Position numbers and translations under genes: made by a program. The notes beneath the pieces were generated by a model that made no database searches, was not told the DNA's origin, and was given only the letters and a program-made list of their open reading frames with translations. DNA of 64,000 nucleotides from Alphaproteobacteria bacterium (GTDB taxonomy: Bacteria > Pseudomonadota > Alphaproteobacteria > Bin95): the NCBI GenBank assembly GCA_963665325.3, contig OZ224045.1, positions 320,001-384,000 of the forward strand, read 5' to 3'. Shown here in pieces: positions 48,731-58,582 of the stretch (position 1 is the first letter of the stretch; each line of letters starts with the position of its first letter).

Positions 48731-48875
48731 GGCGGCAATGGTGCGGTAGTGCCGCAGTCCGCGCAAGCCGCGCCCCCGCGGCGAGCGCAGGCCCGTCCGG
48801 ACGGTTTCGTGGCGAGCAGGCCCGTGGCATGTTCCCGGCCCGCTGTTCCCTCGACGAAAGTCCGGACGACCCGCC

Positions 48876-50642
48876 ATGAATGTCGCCATGCCCCCGTTCT
48901 TTGCCCGGAACACCCTCCCGAACGCGACCGCAGCCGGCACGCCGCTGGCGCCCGATTGCCACGGGATGAACTTCTTCGACATCGACCGCAGCCTGCAGGC
49001 CCTGCTGCCGCTCTACCTGCCCGACGACCTCCGCGAGCACATGCTCCCGCATTTCCGGCGCCTCGGCGAGATCGCCGGCGGGCGGCTCGACGAGCTGGCC
49101 CGGCTGGCCGACCGACACGGGCCCGTGCTGCACCAGCGCGACGCTTTCGGGCGCGACGAGGACTGGATCGAGTTCCATCCCGCCTACCGGGAAATGGAGC
49201 AGATCGGCTTCGGCGATTTCGGCATCCACGCCATTTCCCGGCGGCCGGGCGTGCTCGGCTGGAACGGCACGCCGCTCACGGCGAAATACATTCTCCAGTA
49301 CCTGTTCGTGCAGTCCGAATTCGCCTTGATGTGCCCGATCTCGGTTACGGACACTTCGGCGTATCTGATTCGGAAATACGGCGACGAGGCGGTTCGGCGG
49401 CGTTTCATGCCGGGGCTCACCAGCCAGAATATGGGCGAAATCTGCAAAGCCGCCCAATTCATGACCGAGAAGACGGGCGGCTCCGATGTGGGCGGAATTG
49501 AGCTGGCGGCCCGGCTGGAGGACAGCCCCGACGGCCCGGAGTGGCGTCTTTACGGCGACAAATGGTTCTGCTCCTGCGCCGACGCCGATGTCGCCCTGTT
49601 GCTGGCGAGGCCGGAAGGCGCGGTGAAGGGCACGGCCGGCCTCGGCCTGTTCGCCCTACCGAAGCGCCGGGACGACGGAAGCCGCAACAGCTACCGGATC
49701 GTGCGCCTCAAGGACAAGATGGGCACAAGGTCCATGGCGTCGGGCGAAATCGTGTTCGACGGGGCCGTCGCCTATCCGCTCGGTGAGGTCGGGCCGGGCC
49801 GGAACGATGGCCTCAAGCAGATGCTGGACCAGGTCAATCTGAGCCGCCTCTCCCACGGCGTGCGGGCCGCGGCAATGATGAGGCGCTGCCTGAACGAGGC
49901 GTTGGTTGCGCCGCGCGGCCGCGCGGCGTTCGGTGGGATCGTTGCCGACAAGCCGTTGATGCGCCGCCAACTGCTCAAACTGATGGTCCCGACCGAACAG
50001 GCTCTCTCGATGGCGCTGTTCACCGCCGACAAGCTGGAAAGATCGGAAGCAGGCGACGCGGCGGCAACGGCGCTTGTGCGGTTGCTGACGCCGCTGCTGA
50101 AGTTCCGCACCTGCCGCGACAATATCGCAGTCGCGACCGGCGCGATGGAGGCGCGCGGCGGCAACGGATATATCGAAACCTTCGTCAATGCCCGGCTCGT
50201 GCGCGACGCCCATCTGGGTGTGCTGTGGGAGGGCACCTCCAACATCAATGCGCTGGACATTATCGGCCGCGCTGTCGGCAGGGCCGGCGCGCAGAAGGCG
50301 CTCGGCGAGACGCTGACGGAACTCTTGGACGAGGCGGATGGCCTGCCCGGCCAGCTGAAGGGCGCGCTGGGCCACGCCTCCGGCCGCGCCATCGCGCTCG
50401 CCGAGGAGGTCGCCGACACCGGGGACGAGCCGCGTATGCGCCAAGCTTCCGACGCGCTCTACCATGCGACGAGCGCGGTCGTCATGGCGCATGAAGGCGC
50501 CCGGATCGCAGCCGCCGGAGGCGGACGGAAACGCCTGCTGCTGGCGCAGATGGTGCTCGACCATCGTCTGAGCCCCCAGGACCCGCTCGATCCGCGCGGC
50601 GACGACCCGGAGATTTCCGACGAACTGCTGGCGGCGGCGTAA
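48876..50642 (+). CDS. AidB-like acyl-CoA dehydrogenase
   Basis: MTEKTGGSDV, KWFCS, RLKDKMG, GGNGY and WEGTSN motifs. Confidence 0.92.
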   Translation: MNVAMPPFFARNTLPNATAAGTPLAPDCHGMNFFDIDRSLQALLPLYLPDDLREHMLPHFRRLGEIAGGRLDELARLADRHGPVLHQRDAFGRDEDWIEFHPAYREMEQIGFGDFGIHAISRRPGVLGWNGTPLTAKYILQYLFVQSEFALMCPISVTDTSAYLIRKYGDEAVRRRFMPGLTSQNMGEICKAAQFMTEKTGGSDVGGIELAARLEDSPDGPEWRLYGDKWFCSCADADVALLLARPEGAVKGTAGLGLFALPKRRDDGSRNSYRIVRLKDKMGTRSMASGEIVFDGAVAYPLGEVGPGRNDGLKQMLDQVNLSRLSHGVRAAAMMRRCLNEALVAPRGRAAFGGIVADKPLMRRQLLKLMVPTEQALSMALFTADKLERSEAGDAAATALVRLLTPLLKFRTCRDNIAVATGAMEARGGNGYIETFVNARLVRDAHLGVLWEGTSNINALDIIGRAVGRAGAQKALGETLTELLDEADGLPGQLKGALGHASGRAIALAEEVADTGDEPRMRQASDALYHATSAVVMAHEGARIAAAGGGRKRLLLAQMVLDHRLSPQDPLDPRGDDPEISDELLAAA

Positions 50643-50693
50643 CTCGTCGCTGCCCGCGGACGCGGGCAGAAGCGTCCGCGACACCGGGTATCC

Positions 50694-50722
50694 TTGCCGG
50701 AACAGGCCGCCCTGCTTAGGGT
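50694..50722 (+). promoter_or_regulatory. Candidate sigma70 promoter for leaderless purB
   Basis: TTGCCG-17 nt-TAGGGT, 7 nt before the ATG; no SD. Confidence 0.55.
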
Positions 50723-50729
50723 CCGCGCC

Positions 50730-52025
50730 ATGATCGAACGCTATACCCGCGCCGAAATGGCGGCCATCTGGTCGGCAGAGGCCCGTTTCCGAATCTGGTT
50801 CGAAATCGAGGCTCATGCGCTGGACGCGATGGCGGAACTTGGCACCGCGCCCGCATCGGCCGCGCGCGCGGTGTGGGAGCGGGGCGCCTTCGAGATCGAG
50901 CGCATCGACGAGATCGAAGCCGAGACCAAGCACGACGTTATCGCGTTCCTCACCAACCTCGCCGAGCATGTCGGGCCGGAAGCGCGTTTCGTGCATCAAG
51001 GCATGACCTCTTCAGACGTGCTCGACACCTGCCTGGCGGTGCAGCTTGCGAGGGCCTGCGACATATTGCTGGCGGACCTCGACAGGCTGCTGGCGGCGCT
51101 GAAGGCGCGGGCGCTGGAGCACAAATACACAGTCTGCATCGGGCGCAGCCACGCCATCCACGCCGAGCCCACCACCTTCGGGGTTAAGCTGGCCGGCCAT
51201 TATGCGGAATTCGCGCGGAATCGCACTCGGCTGGAAGCTGCGCGAGCGGAGATCGCAACCTGCGCCATTTCCGGCCCTGTCGGGACGTTCGCCAGCATCG
51301 ATCCGCGCGTCGAAGCCCATGTGGCGGAGAAGCTGGGCCTCAAGCCCGAGACCCATTCCACTCAGGTAATCCCTCGCGACCGGCATGCAATGTTCTTCGC
51401 CGTGCTGGGCGTGATCGCCAGCGGCGTCGAACGGCTAGCGGTCGAAATCCGGCATCTGCAGCGCACGGAGCTTCGGGAGGCAGAAGAGTTTTTCTCTGCC
51501 GGCCAGAAAGGCTCCTCTGCGATGCCGCACAAGCGCAACCCGGTTCTGACCGAGAACCTGACCGGGCTCGCGCGCATGGTCCGGTCCGCCGTGACCCCTG
51601 CGCTCGAGAATGTCGCGCTCTGGCATGAGCGGGATATCTCGCACTCCTCCGTGGAGCGCATGATCGGCCCGGATGCGACCGTGACACTCGACTTCGCGCT
51701 TTATCGGCTTGCCGGCGTCGTGGAGAGGCTGTTGGTCTATCCGGAAGCCATGCGCCGCAACCTCGACAGCCTCGGCGGCCTCATCTTCTCGCAGCACGTG
51801 CTTCTCGACCTCACGAAGGCGGGAATGAGCCGCGAAGACGCCTACCGCAAGGTTCAGTCCGCGGCGATGGACGTCTGGCAGGAAGGCGGTTCCTTCCGCG
51901 CCCGGCTCGAACGGGATTCCGATATTGCCGCAGCAGTGCCGCCGGCGCGGCTCGACGAAATCTTCGATCTGGACCGCCAACTGGTCCATGTCGATACGAT
52001 CTTCGAGCGCGTCTTCGGTACATGA
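50730..52025 (+). CDS. purB: Adenylosuccinate lyase
   Basis: MIERYTR, HDVIAF, GRSH, GSSAMPHKRNP and WHERDISHSS motifs. Confidence 0.98.
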   Translation: MIERYTRAEMAAIWSAEARFRIWFEIEAHALDAMAELGTAPASAARAVWERGAFEIERIDEIEAETKHDVIAFLTNLAEHVGPEARFVHQGMTSSDVLDTCLAVQLARACDILLADLDRLLAALKARALEHKYTVCIGRSHAIHAEPTTFGVKLAGHYAEFARNRTRLEAARAEIATCAISGPVGTFASIDPRVEAHVAEKLGLKPETHSTQVIPRDRHAMFFAVLGVIASGVERLAVEIRHLQRTELREAEEFFSAGQKGSSAMPHKRNPVLTENLTGLARMVRSAVTPALENVALWHERDISHSSVERMIGPDATVTLDFALYRLAGVVERLLVYPEAMRRNLDSLGGLIFSQHVLLDLTKAGMSREDAYRKVQSAAMDVWQEGGSFRARLERDSDIAAAVPPARLDEIFDLDRQLVHVDTIFERVFGT

Positions 52026-52059
52026 CCCAACCCGCTTCTCGCCTCATGGAGTTTTCGTA

Positions 52060-53553
52060 ATGTCGGATCGCACCGTCGATGTCGCCGTCGTGGGCGCAGG
52101 CAACGCTGCCATGTGCGCCGCCCTGGCCGCGCGCGAACAGGGAGCGAGCGTGCTCATCCTGGAACGCGCGAACGAGGAAGAGCGCGGCGGCAATTCCGCC
52201 TTCACGGCCGGCAATATCCGCACGGTCTTCAATGGCGTCGAAGACATCAAGGCGCTGGTCCCGGATCTGACCGAGGACGAAATCGCGATCACGGATTTCG
52301 GCGTCTATAGCGAGGCCGCCTTCTACGACGACATGGGCCGGATCACCGAATACCGCACCGACCCGGACATGTGCGAGCTGCTGGTGACCCGCTCGCTCGA
52401 CACCATGAAATGGATGCGGGGAAAGGGCGTCCGGTTCCTGCCGATATACGGCAAGCAGGCATTCAAGATCGACGGGCGGTTCAAGTTCTGGGGCGGCCTG
52501 GTGCTGTCGGCCTGGGGCGGCGGGCCGGGGCTGGTGGACGCGCTGCACGACTCCTGCACGCGGGAGGGCATCGAGGTCCTTTACGGCGCGCGCGCCACTG
52601 AGCTTCTGCATGGCGACGACGGCGTGAAGGGCGTGCGGGTGCGCCAGGACCGCCGGAGCTTCGAGGTGCGTGCCCGCGCTGTGGTGCTCGCGTCCGGCGG
52701 TTTCGAGGCGAACCCGGAGATGCGCACCCGCTATCTCGGCCCCGGCTGGGATGTGGCCAAGGTTCGCGGCAGCCGCTTCAACACCGGCGACGGCATCCGC
52801 ATGGCGCTCGACGCGGGCGCGCGGGCCTACGGCAACTGGTCCGGCTGCCACGCTGTCGGGTGGGACTTCAACGCGCCTGAATTCGGCGACCTCGCGGTGG
52901 GCGACAATTTCCAAAAGCACAGCTACCCCTGGGGCGTCATGGTGAATGCGGAGGGCCGGCGCTTCGTCGATGAGGGCGCGGATTTCCGCAACTACACCTA
53001 CGCGAAATACGGCCGCGTGATCCTGGGCCAGCCGGGCCAGATGGCCTGGCAGGTGTTCGACAACAAGATCATCCCGAACCTGCGCGACGAATACCGGATC
53101 CGAGAAGTCACCAAGGTCCGGGCCGACACGATAGAGGAGCTTGCGGCAAAGCTCGAAGGCGTGAATGCCGAGAACTTCCTCGCCGAAATCCGCGCTTACA
53201 ACGCCGCCGTGCGTACCGACGTCCCCTACAATCCGAACGTCAAGGACGGGCGCCGGACGGAAGGCCTCGCCGTGGACAAGACGAACTGGGCCAACACCAT
53301 CGACGAGCCGCCCTTCGAGGGCTACCAGACCACATGCGGCATCACCTTCACCTTCGGCGGGGTGCGCGTGAACGACGATGCGCAGGTGATGGACACCGAC
53401 GATATTGAGATTCCGGGCCTGTACGCTGCGGGCGAGCTGGTCGGCGGGCTGTTCTGGTTCAACTATCCGGGCGGCACCGGGCTGATGGCAGGCGCGGTCT
53501 TCGGCAAGATCGCCGGCGAGGCGGCCGGTCGGTCGGCTGTCGGCAATGAGTGA
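52060..53553 (+). CDS. TcuA-like FAD-dependent dehydrogenase
   Basis: GAGNAA, GGNSAFT, GGFEAN, RFVDEG, TFTFGG and NYPGGTGL motifs. Confidence 0.88.
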   Translation: MSDRTVDVAVVGAGNAAMCAALAAREQGASVLILERANEEERGGNSAFTAGNIRTVFNGVEDIKALVPDLTEDEIAITDFGVYSEAAFYDDMGRITEYRTDPDMCELLVTRSLDTMKWMRGKGVRFLPIYGKQAFKIDGRFKFWGGLVLSAWGGGPGLVDALHDSCTREGIEVLYGARATELLHGDDGVKGVRVRQDRRSFEVRARAVVLASGGFEANPEMRTRYLGPGWDVAKVRGSRFNTGDGIRMALDAGARAYGNWSGCHAVGWDFNAPEFGDLAVGDNFQKHSYPWGVMVNAEGRRFVDEGADFRNYTYAKYGRVILGQPGQMAWQVFDNKIIPNLRDEYRIREVTKVRADTIEELAAKLEGVNAENFLAEIRAYNAAVRTDVPYNPNVKDGRRTEGLAVDKTNWANTIDEPPFEGYQTTCGITFTFGGVRVNDDAQVMDTDDIEIPGLYAAGELVGGLFWFNYPGGTGLMAGAVFGKIAGEAAGRSAVGNE

Positions 53554-53602
53554 CGCATCCCGGTAGACGAACCGGCGATACCCTTTACGGAGGCTGACCC
53601 CG

Positions 53603-54175
53603 ATGGCGCGCGCGCCCTACCCTGACATCGAGACGCTGCCGGACGAGCTGCGCACTTTCGTCCAGCGCTTCGATCCGCTGATGAACGTCTTCCACATGCT
53701 GGCCCACACGGGGCCTGCGCTCCCGCATTTCATGCGGCTCGGCAATGCGATCCTGTTCAAGGGCAAGCTCGATCCCGTGCTGCGCGAAATCGCGATTCTG
53801 CGCGTCGGCCACCTGCTGGGCGCGTCTTACGAGGTCCACCAGCACAATGTCGTCGCCCGCAATGTCGGCATGGGCGAAGCGCAGATCGCGGCGGTGGAGC
53901 ATGGCGAGAACACCGAGATGTTCTCCGATCTGGAAAACCTGGCCATCCGCTTTACAGACGAAGTGACGGCCAGCGTCCGCGCAAGCGATGCGACATGGGA
54001 TGCTCTCGCCGCCCTGCTCGACCCGGGGCAGATGGCCGAACTCACTCTCGCCGTCGGGTTCTATTCGATGATCGCCGTGTTCCTTGAGAACTTCGAGGTC
54101 GAAATTGAACCCGAAGGCGTCGTAGAAGACCCGATGAAGCGCCCCAGAAAAGCAGGGGAAACCCGTCCAAGCTAG
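53603..54175 (+). CDS. Carboxymuconolactone decarboxylase/AhpD-like protein
   Basis: LDPVLREIAILRVG and YEVHQH motifs; no CxxC. Confidence 0.87.
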   Translation: MARAPYPDIETLPDELRTFVQRFDPLMNVFHMLAHTGPALPHFMRLGNAILFKGKLDPVLREIAILRVGHLLGASYEVHQHNVVARNVGMGEAQIAAVEHGENTEMFSDLENLAIRFTDEVTASVRASDATWDALAALLDPGQMAELTLAVGFYSMIAVFLENFEVEIEPEGVVEDPMKRPRKAGETRPS

Positions 54176-54191
54176 TTTCGGGAGGGAAGCC

Positions 54192-55025
54192 GTGTCCGAG
54201 TCGCGCAGCTACTACGTGCCTGGCGGGGGCCTGCCCGGACAATCGGAGCTCCTAACCGGCCGGGCGGTGTTCACGGAAGCCTATGCCGTCATTCCCAAGG
54301 ATGTGCTCCGGGATATCGTCACCAGCCTGCTGCCCCACTGGGAAAAGACCCGGGCCTGGATTCTCGCAAGGCCGCTCTCCGGCTTCGCAGAGACCTTCTC
54401 GCAATACATCGTCGAGGTGGCCCCCGGCGGCGGCAGCGACAATCCGGAACCCGATGTGGGTGCGGAAGCCGGCATTTTTGCGGTAGCCGGCTCCTTCGAG
54501 CTCCTGCTTGCGGGCCAGACCCGGCAGATCGAGGCGGGAGGGTTCGTTTATATCCCCCCGGGCGAGGCTTGGCAGCTGCGCAACCGGGGTAGAGGGAACG
54601 CGGTCTTTCACTGGATCCGCAAACGTTATGAGCCGGTCGAGGGACTTGCCATGCCCGACCCCGTCGTGACCAGCGATCGGGAGGCGCCTGCCGTCGCCAT
54701 GCCGGATACGGACGGCCGCTGGGCGACCACGCGCTTCATCGACCCCGAAGACATGCGTCACGACATGCATGTCAACATTGTCTCCTTCGAGCCCGGGGCG
54801 GTCATTCCCTTCGCCGAGACGCATATCATGGAGCACGGCCTCTATGTGCTCGAAGGAAAGGGAGTGTACCGGCTCAATCAAGACTGGGTGGAGGTCGAGG
54901 CCGGGGACTTCATGTGGCTACGCGCCTTCTGCCCCCAGGCCTGCTATGCGGGCGGCCCCGGCCCGTTTCGCTATCTGCTCTACAAGGATGTGAACCGCCA
55001 TCCCCGGCTTGTGCCGCTGCTGTAG
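54192..55025 (+). CDS. allE: (S)-ureidoglycine aminohydrolase, bicupin (YlbA/AllE family)
   Basis: FAETFSQY, ETHIMEHGLY, FCPQACY and YLLYKDVNRH motifs. Confidence 0.92.
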   Translation: MSESRSYYVPGGGLPGQSELLTGRAVFTEAYAVIPKDVLRDIVTSLLPHWEKTRAWILARPLSGFAETFSQYIVEVAPGGGSDNPEPDVGAEAGIFAVAGSFELLLAGQTRQIEAGGFVYIPPGEAWQLRNRGRGNAVFHWIRKRYEPVEGLAMPDPVVTSDREAPAVAMPDTDGRWATTRFIDPEDMRHDMHVNIVSFEPGAVIPFAETHIMEHGLYVLEGKGVYRLNQDWVEVEAGDFMWLRAFCPQACYAGGPGPFRYLLYKDVNRHPRLVPLL

Positions 55026-55043
55026 AGCTATCGGGCAGCGCTA

Positions 55044-56273
55044 TTACCGACTTTCCTCGTACCAAGCAGCGATCAGTCGGCGCTCCCCGTCTTCCATGGC
55101 GGCCAGATTCCCGGGGGGCATGGCGCGCGATCTGCCGGCCTGGAGGTAGATGAGGCGGGCGTTCCGCAAGAGCTGTTCGTCGGTCTCGAGAACAATGCCC
55201 TTCGGCGGGCGATGAATCCCCTCCCAGACCGGCTCCTCCGCGTGGCAGACGAGGCAGCGGGTGAGCACGGCTTCCTGCACCGCTTCGAAGTGAGGCGAGG
55301 CGGCCAGACGGCGTTCTGACGGAGAGAGCGCGGCCGCACCGTTGCCCGAGCCTGTAAGGACCGCCGGCATGGTCGAGAGCCAGACGATCACGGCAAACAG
55401 CACCGCAGCGGCAATCCACGGCCAAATCCGATGACCCTTCCGCGCATGCACATTGTTGAAATAGACCCGGATCAGCACGCCCATCAGGAAAATCAGCGAT
55501 GCAATTACCCAGCTGTATTCGGTCGCGAATGCCAGCGGATAGTGGTTCGACAGCATCAGAAAGATGACTGGCAGCGTCAGGTAGTTGTTATGGGTCGAAC
55601 GCTGATTGGCGATCCTGCCGTATTTGGCGTCCGGCGTTCGCCCTGCCTTCAGGTCCTCGGTCACGATGCGCTGGTTGGGAATGATGACCAGGAACACGTT
55701 GGCGCTCATGATCGTTGCCGTGATCGAGCCCAGATGCACGAAGGCGGCCCGCCCGGTAAAGACTTGGGAAAAGCCCCACGCCATGGCCACCAGAACGACA
55801 TACAGGAACAGCATCAGCCGCGTATTGTCGTCCCCGAACCGGCTCTTGCAGATCAGGTCGTAGGCGAACCAGCCGACGACGATAGAGGCGACGGAAATGG
55901 CAATTGCCGCCTCGTTCGACAGCTCCATGACCTCGTTGTCGACAAGGTAGAATTCCGGGTGGGCGTAATAGAGCACGCACAAGAGGGCAAAGCCGGAAAC
56001 CCAGGTCGCGTAGCTCTCCCATTTGAACCAGGTCAGGTGCTCCGGCAGTTCCGGTGGAGCGACCATGTATTTGCGGACATGGTAGAAGCCGCCGCCATGC
56101 ACCTGCCATTCCTCCCCGTTTACCCCTTCGGGGAGGCCCGGATGGCGGCGAAGACCGAGGTCGAGCGCGATGAAGTAGAACGAGGTGCCGATCCACACGA
56201 TGGCGGTCGTCACATGCGCCCATCGCACGGCGAATTCGAGCCATTCGCCCAGAATGGGAAGCAGCCCCTCCAT
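55044..56273 (-). CDS. puuD: Membrane urate hydroxylase with C-terminal cytochrome c
   Basis: RWAHV, WQVHGGGFY, WFKWESY, RSTHNNY, MLSNHY and CLVCH...MPPGN motifs; TGATG overlap with xdhB. Confidence 0.94.
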   Translation of the reverse strand: MEGLLPILGEWLEFAVRWAHVTTAIVWIGTSFYFIALDLGLRRHPGLPEGVNGEEWQVHGGGFYHVRKYMVAPPELPEHLTWFKWESYATWVSGFALLCVLYYAHPEFYLVDNEVMELSNEAAIAISVASIVVGWFAYDLICKSRFGDDNTRLMLFLYVVLVAMAWGFSQVFTGRAAFVHLGSITATIMSANVFLVIIPNQRIVTEDLKAGRTPDAKYGRIANQRSTHNNYLTLPVIFLMLSNHYPLAFATEYSWVIASLIFLMGVLIRVYFNNVHARKGHRIWPWIAAAVLFAVIVWLSTMPAVLTGSGNGAAALSPSERRLAASPHFEAVQEAVLTRCLVCHAEEPVWEGIHRPPKGIVLETDEQLLRNARLIYLQAGRSRAMPPGNLAAMEDGERRLIAAWYEESR

Positions 56274-58582
56274 CACCCGGTTCCCTCCCGCTTCAGCCGC
56301 TCGATGGCAAGCAGCAGACGCTCGGGCGTCGCCGGCGTGTCGAGCTTCGGGCAGTGCCGGTAGCCGGCAGTACTGGCGACAGCCATCGACAGCGCCTCGA
56401 CGACGGACGCGCACAACAGCAATGGCGGCTCGCCGATGGCCTTGGACCGGCCGATGGTGGGCTTGGCGTTCTCGGACCAGTCGGCGAGATGCACGTTGAA
56501 GACGGGCGGACAGTCCGAGGCTAGCGGTATCTTGTAGGTGGAAGGCGCATGGGTACGGAGCCGCCCCTCGCCGTCCCACCAGAGTTCTTCCGTCGTGACC
56601 CACCCCATGCCCTGGATGAAGCCGCCCTCTACCTGCCCGAGGTCGATGGCCGGATTGAGCGACCGGCCCGCGTCGTGAAGGATATCGACCCGCAAGACGC
56701 GGTATTCCCCGGTCAGTGTATCGACTTCGACTTCGGTCACGCCTGCGCTGTAGGCGAAGTAGTAGAAGGGCTGGCCGCGCCCGGCGGCACGGTCCCAGTG
56801 GATTTCCGGAGTGCGGTAGAAGCCCGTCGCCGAGAGCTGGACCCTGGCCATGTAGGCCGCCTCGACGAGTTCGGCGAAGGCGATGTCCTGGTTGCCGATC
56901 CGGACCCTGCCCGCTTCGAAGGCGACCTGGCCCGGTTCGACATTCCAGTGTTCGGCCGCGAAGGCGACAAGGCGACGCCTGATCGTCTCGGCCCCTTCGA
57001 AGGCCGCCATGCCGTTCAGGTCCGAGCCCGTGGAGGCCGCAGTCGGTGACGTGTTCGGTACCTTGCCGGTGCTTGTGGCGGTGATCTGGACGCGGTCGAG
57101 ACCGACCTGGAAGCAGTCGGCGACCACCGAGGCGACCTTGATGAAGAGCCCCTGCCCCATCTCCGTGCCGCCGTGGTTCAGGTGTATGGAACCGTCGCGA
57201 TAGACGTGCACCAGCGCGCCGGCCTGATTCATCCATGTTGCGGTAAAGGAAACGCCGAACTTGACCGGCGTGAGCGCGATGCCCCTGCGCAGGATTCCGC
57301 CCCGGGCGTTGAAGTCCAGAACCGCCTGGCGACGCGATGCATAGTCGGCGCGCTCTTCGATTTCTCTGACGAGCCGCGGGACGATGTTATCCTCGACCGG
57401 CTGGTGGTAGGGCGTCAGGTTCCTGCCGGGGCCGCCATAGAGATTGGCCTTGCGGATATCGAGCGATGGGCGGCCGGTACTGTACGCGACCTCCTCGATA
57501 ATCCGTTCGGCGGTAATCACGCCCTGGGGCGCACCGAAGCCGCGAAAGGCGGTATTGGAAACGGTGTTGGTGCGCATGGGCCGCGAGCGCAGCCTGACGG
57601 CCGGAAAGAAATAGGCGTTGTCGGCGTGGAAGAGTGCGCGGTCCGCGACCGCTCCCGAGAGGTCGGCGGAGAACCCGCAACGAGCCGTCAACACGGCGTC
57701 CACGGCGAGGATGCGCCCGTCATCGTCGAACCCGACATCGTAGTCGACGCGAAATTCGTGGCGCTTGCCGGTCGCGGTCATGTCGTCGTCCCGGTCGGGC
57801 CGCAGCTTGACCGCCTGCCCGAATTTCCGGGCCGCAAGCGCGGCGACGGCAGCAAACAGGTTCGACTGGGTCTCCTTGCCACCGAAGCCGCCACCCATTC
57901 GGCGCACGGTCACCGTAACCGCGCTCGACGGGACCCCGAGCACGTGGGCAACCATATGCTGCACTTCGCTCGGATGCTGGGTCGACGACACAACCCGGAC
58001 TTCGCTGTCCTCCCCGGGCATGGCGAGCGCGATATGGCCTTCGAGATAGAAGTGATCCTGCCCGCCCGTTCGCATCGTGCCCCGCAGGCGGCGGGGCGCC
58101 GCGCGAAGGGCGGGCTCGACATCTCCTCTCGCCAGCGTCAGCGGCTCCGATACGGCATCGACCGCCTCATCCGCGTCGATAACGGCCGGCCGCTTCTCAT
58201 GGACGACCCTGGCGAAGCGCGCGGCTTTCCGTGCCTCCGCCCGTGTCCTCGCAACGACTGCGAATATGGGCTGGCCGAAAAAGGAAACGACCTTATCGGC
58301 AAACACCGGGTCATCGCCGGCCCCGGTGGGGCTGATGTCGTTTTCCCCGGGGATGTCCGCGGCCGTCAGCACGCCGACCACCCCCGGTGCGGCGCAAACC
58401 GCCGACAGGTCGATCTCCGCAATACCGGCATGGGCCGCCGTCGAGAGGCCGAGATAGGCATGCAACATGCCGGCCGGCTCGACAATGTCGTCGGCATAGG
58501 CGGCAAGTCCCGTCACATGCTTGGCAGCGGAGTCGTGCCGCCAGGCGCGGTGCATGTGCTCGCGGGTTGCGGGTCCGGTCAT
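56273..58582 (-). CDS. xdhB: Xanthine dehydrogenase molybdopterin subunit
   Basis: GGKETQ, AFRGFG, TAASTGSDLNG and SKAIGEPP motifs. Confidence 0.97.
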   Translation of the reverse strand: MTGPATREHMHRAWRHDSAAKHVTGLAAYADDIVEPAGMLHAYLGLSTAAHAGIAEIDLSAVCAAPGVVGVLTAADIPGENDISPTGAGDDPVFADKVVSFFGQPIFAVVARTRAEARKAARFARVVHEKRPAVIDADEAVDAVSEPLTLARGDVEPALRAAPRRLRGTMRTGGQDHFYLEGHIALAMPGEDSEVRVVSSTQHPSEVQHMVAHVLGVPSSAVTVTVRRMGGGFGGKETQSNLFAAVAALAARKFGQAVKLRPDRDDDMTATGKRHEFRVDYDVGFDDDGRILAVDAVLTARCGFSADLSGAVADRALFHADNAYFFPAVRLRSRPMRTNTVSNTAFRGFGAPQGVITAERIIEEVAYSTGRPSLDIRKANLYGGPGRNLTPYHQPVEDNIVPRLVREIEERADYASRRQAVLDFNARGGILRRGIALTPVKFGVSFTATWMNQAGALVHVYRDGSIHLNHGGTEMGQGLFIKVASVVADCFQVGLDRVQITATSTGKVPNTSPTAASTGSDLNGMAAFEGAETIRRRLVAFAAEHWNVEPGQVAFEAGRVRIGNQDIAFAELVEAAYMARVQLSATGFYRTPEIHWDRAAGRGQPFYYFAYSAGVTEVEVDTLTGEYRVLRVDILHDAGRSLNPAIDLGQVEGGFIQGMGWVTTEELWWDGEGRLRTHAPSTYKIPLASDCPPVFNVHLADWSENAKPTIGRSKAIGEPPLLLCASVVEALSMAVASTAGYRHCPKLDTPATPERLLLAIERLKREGTG

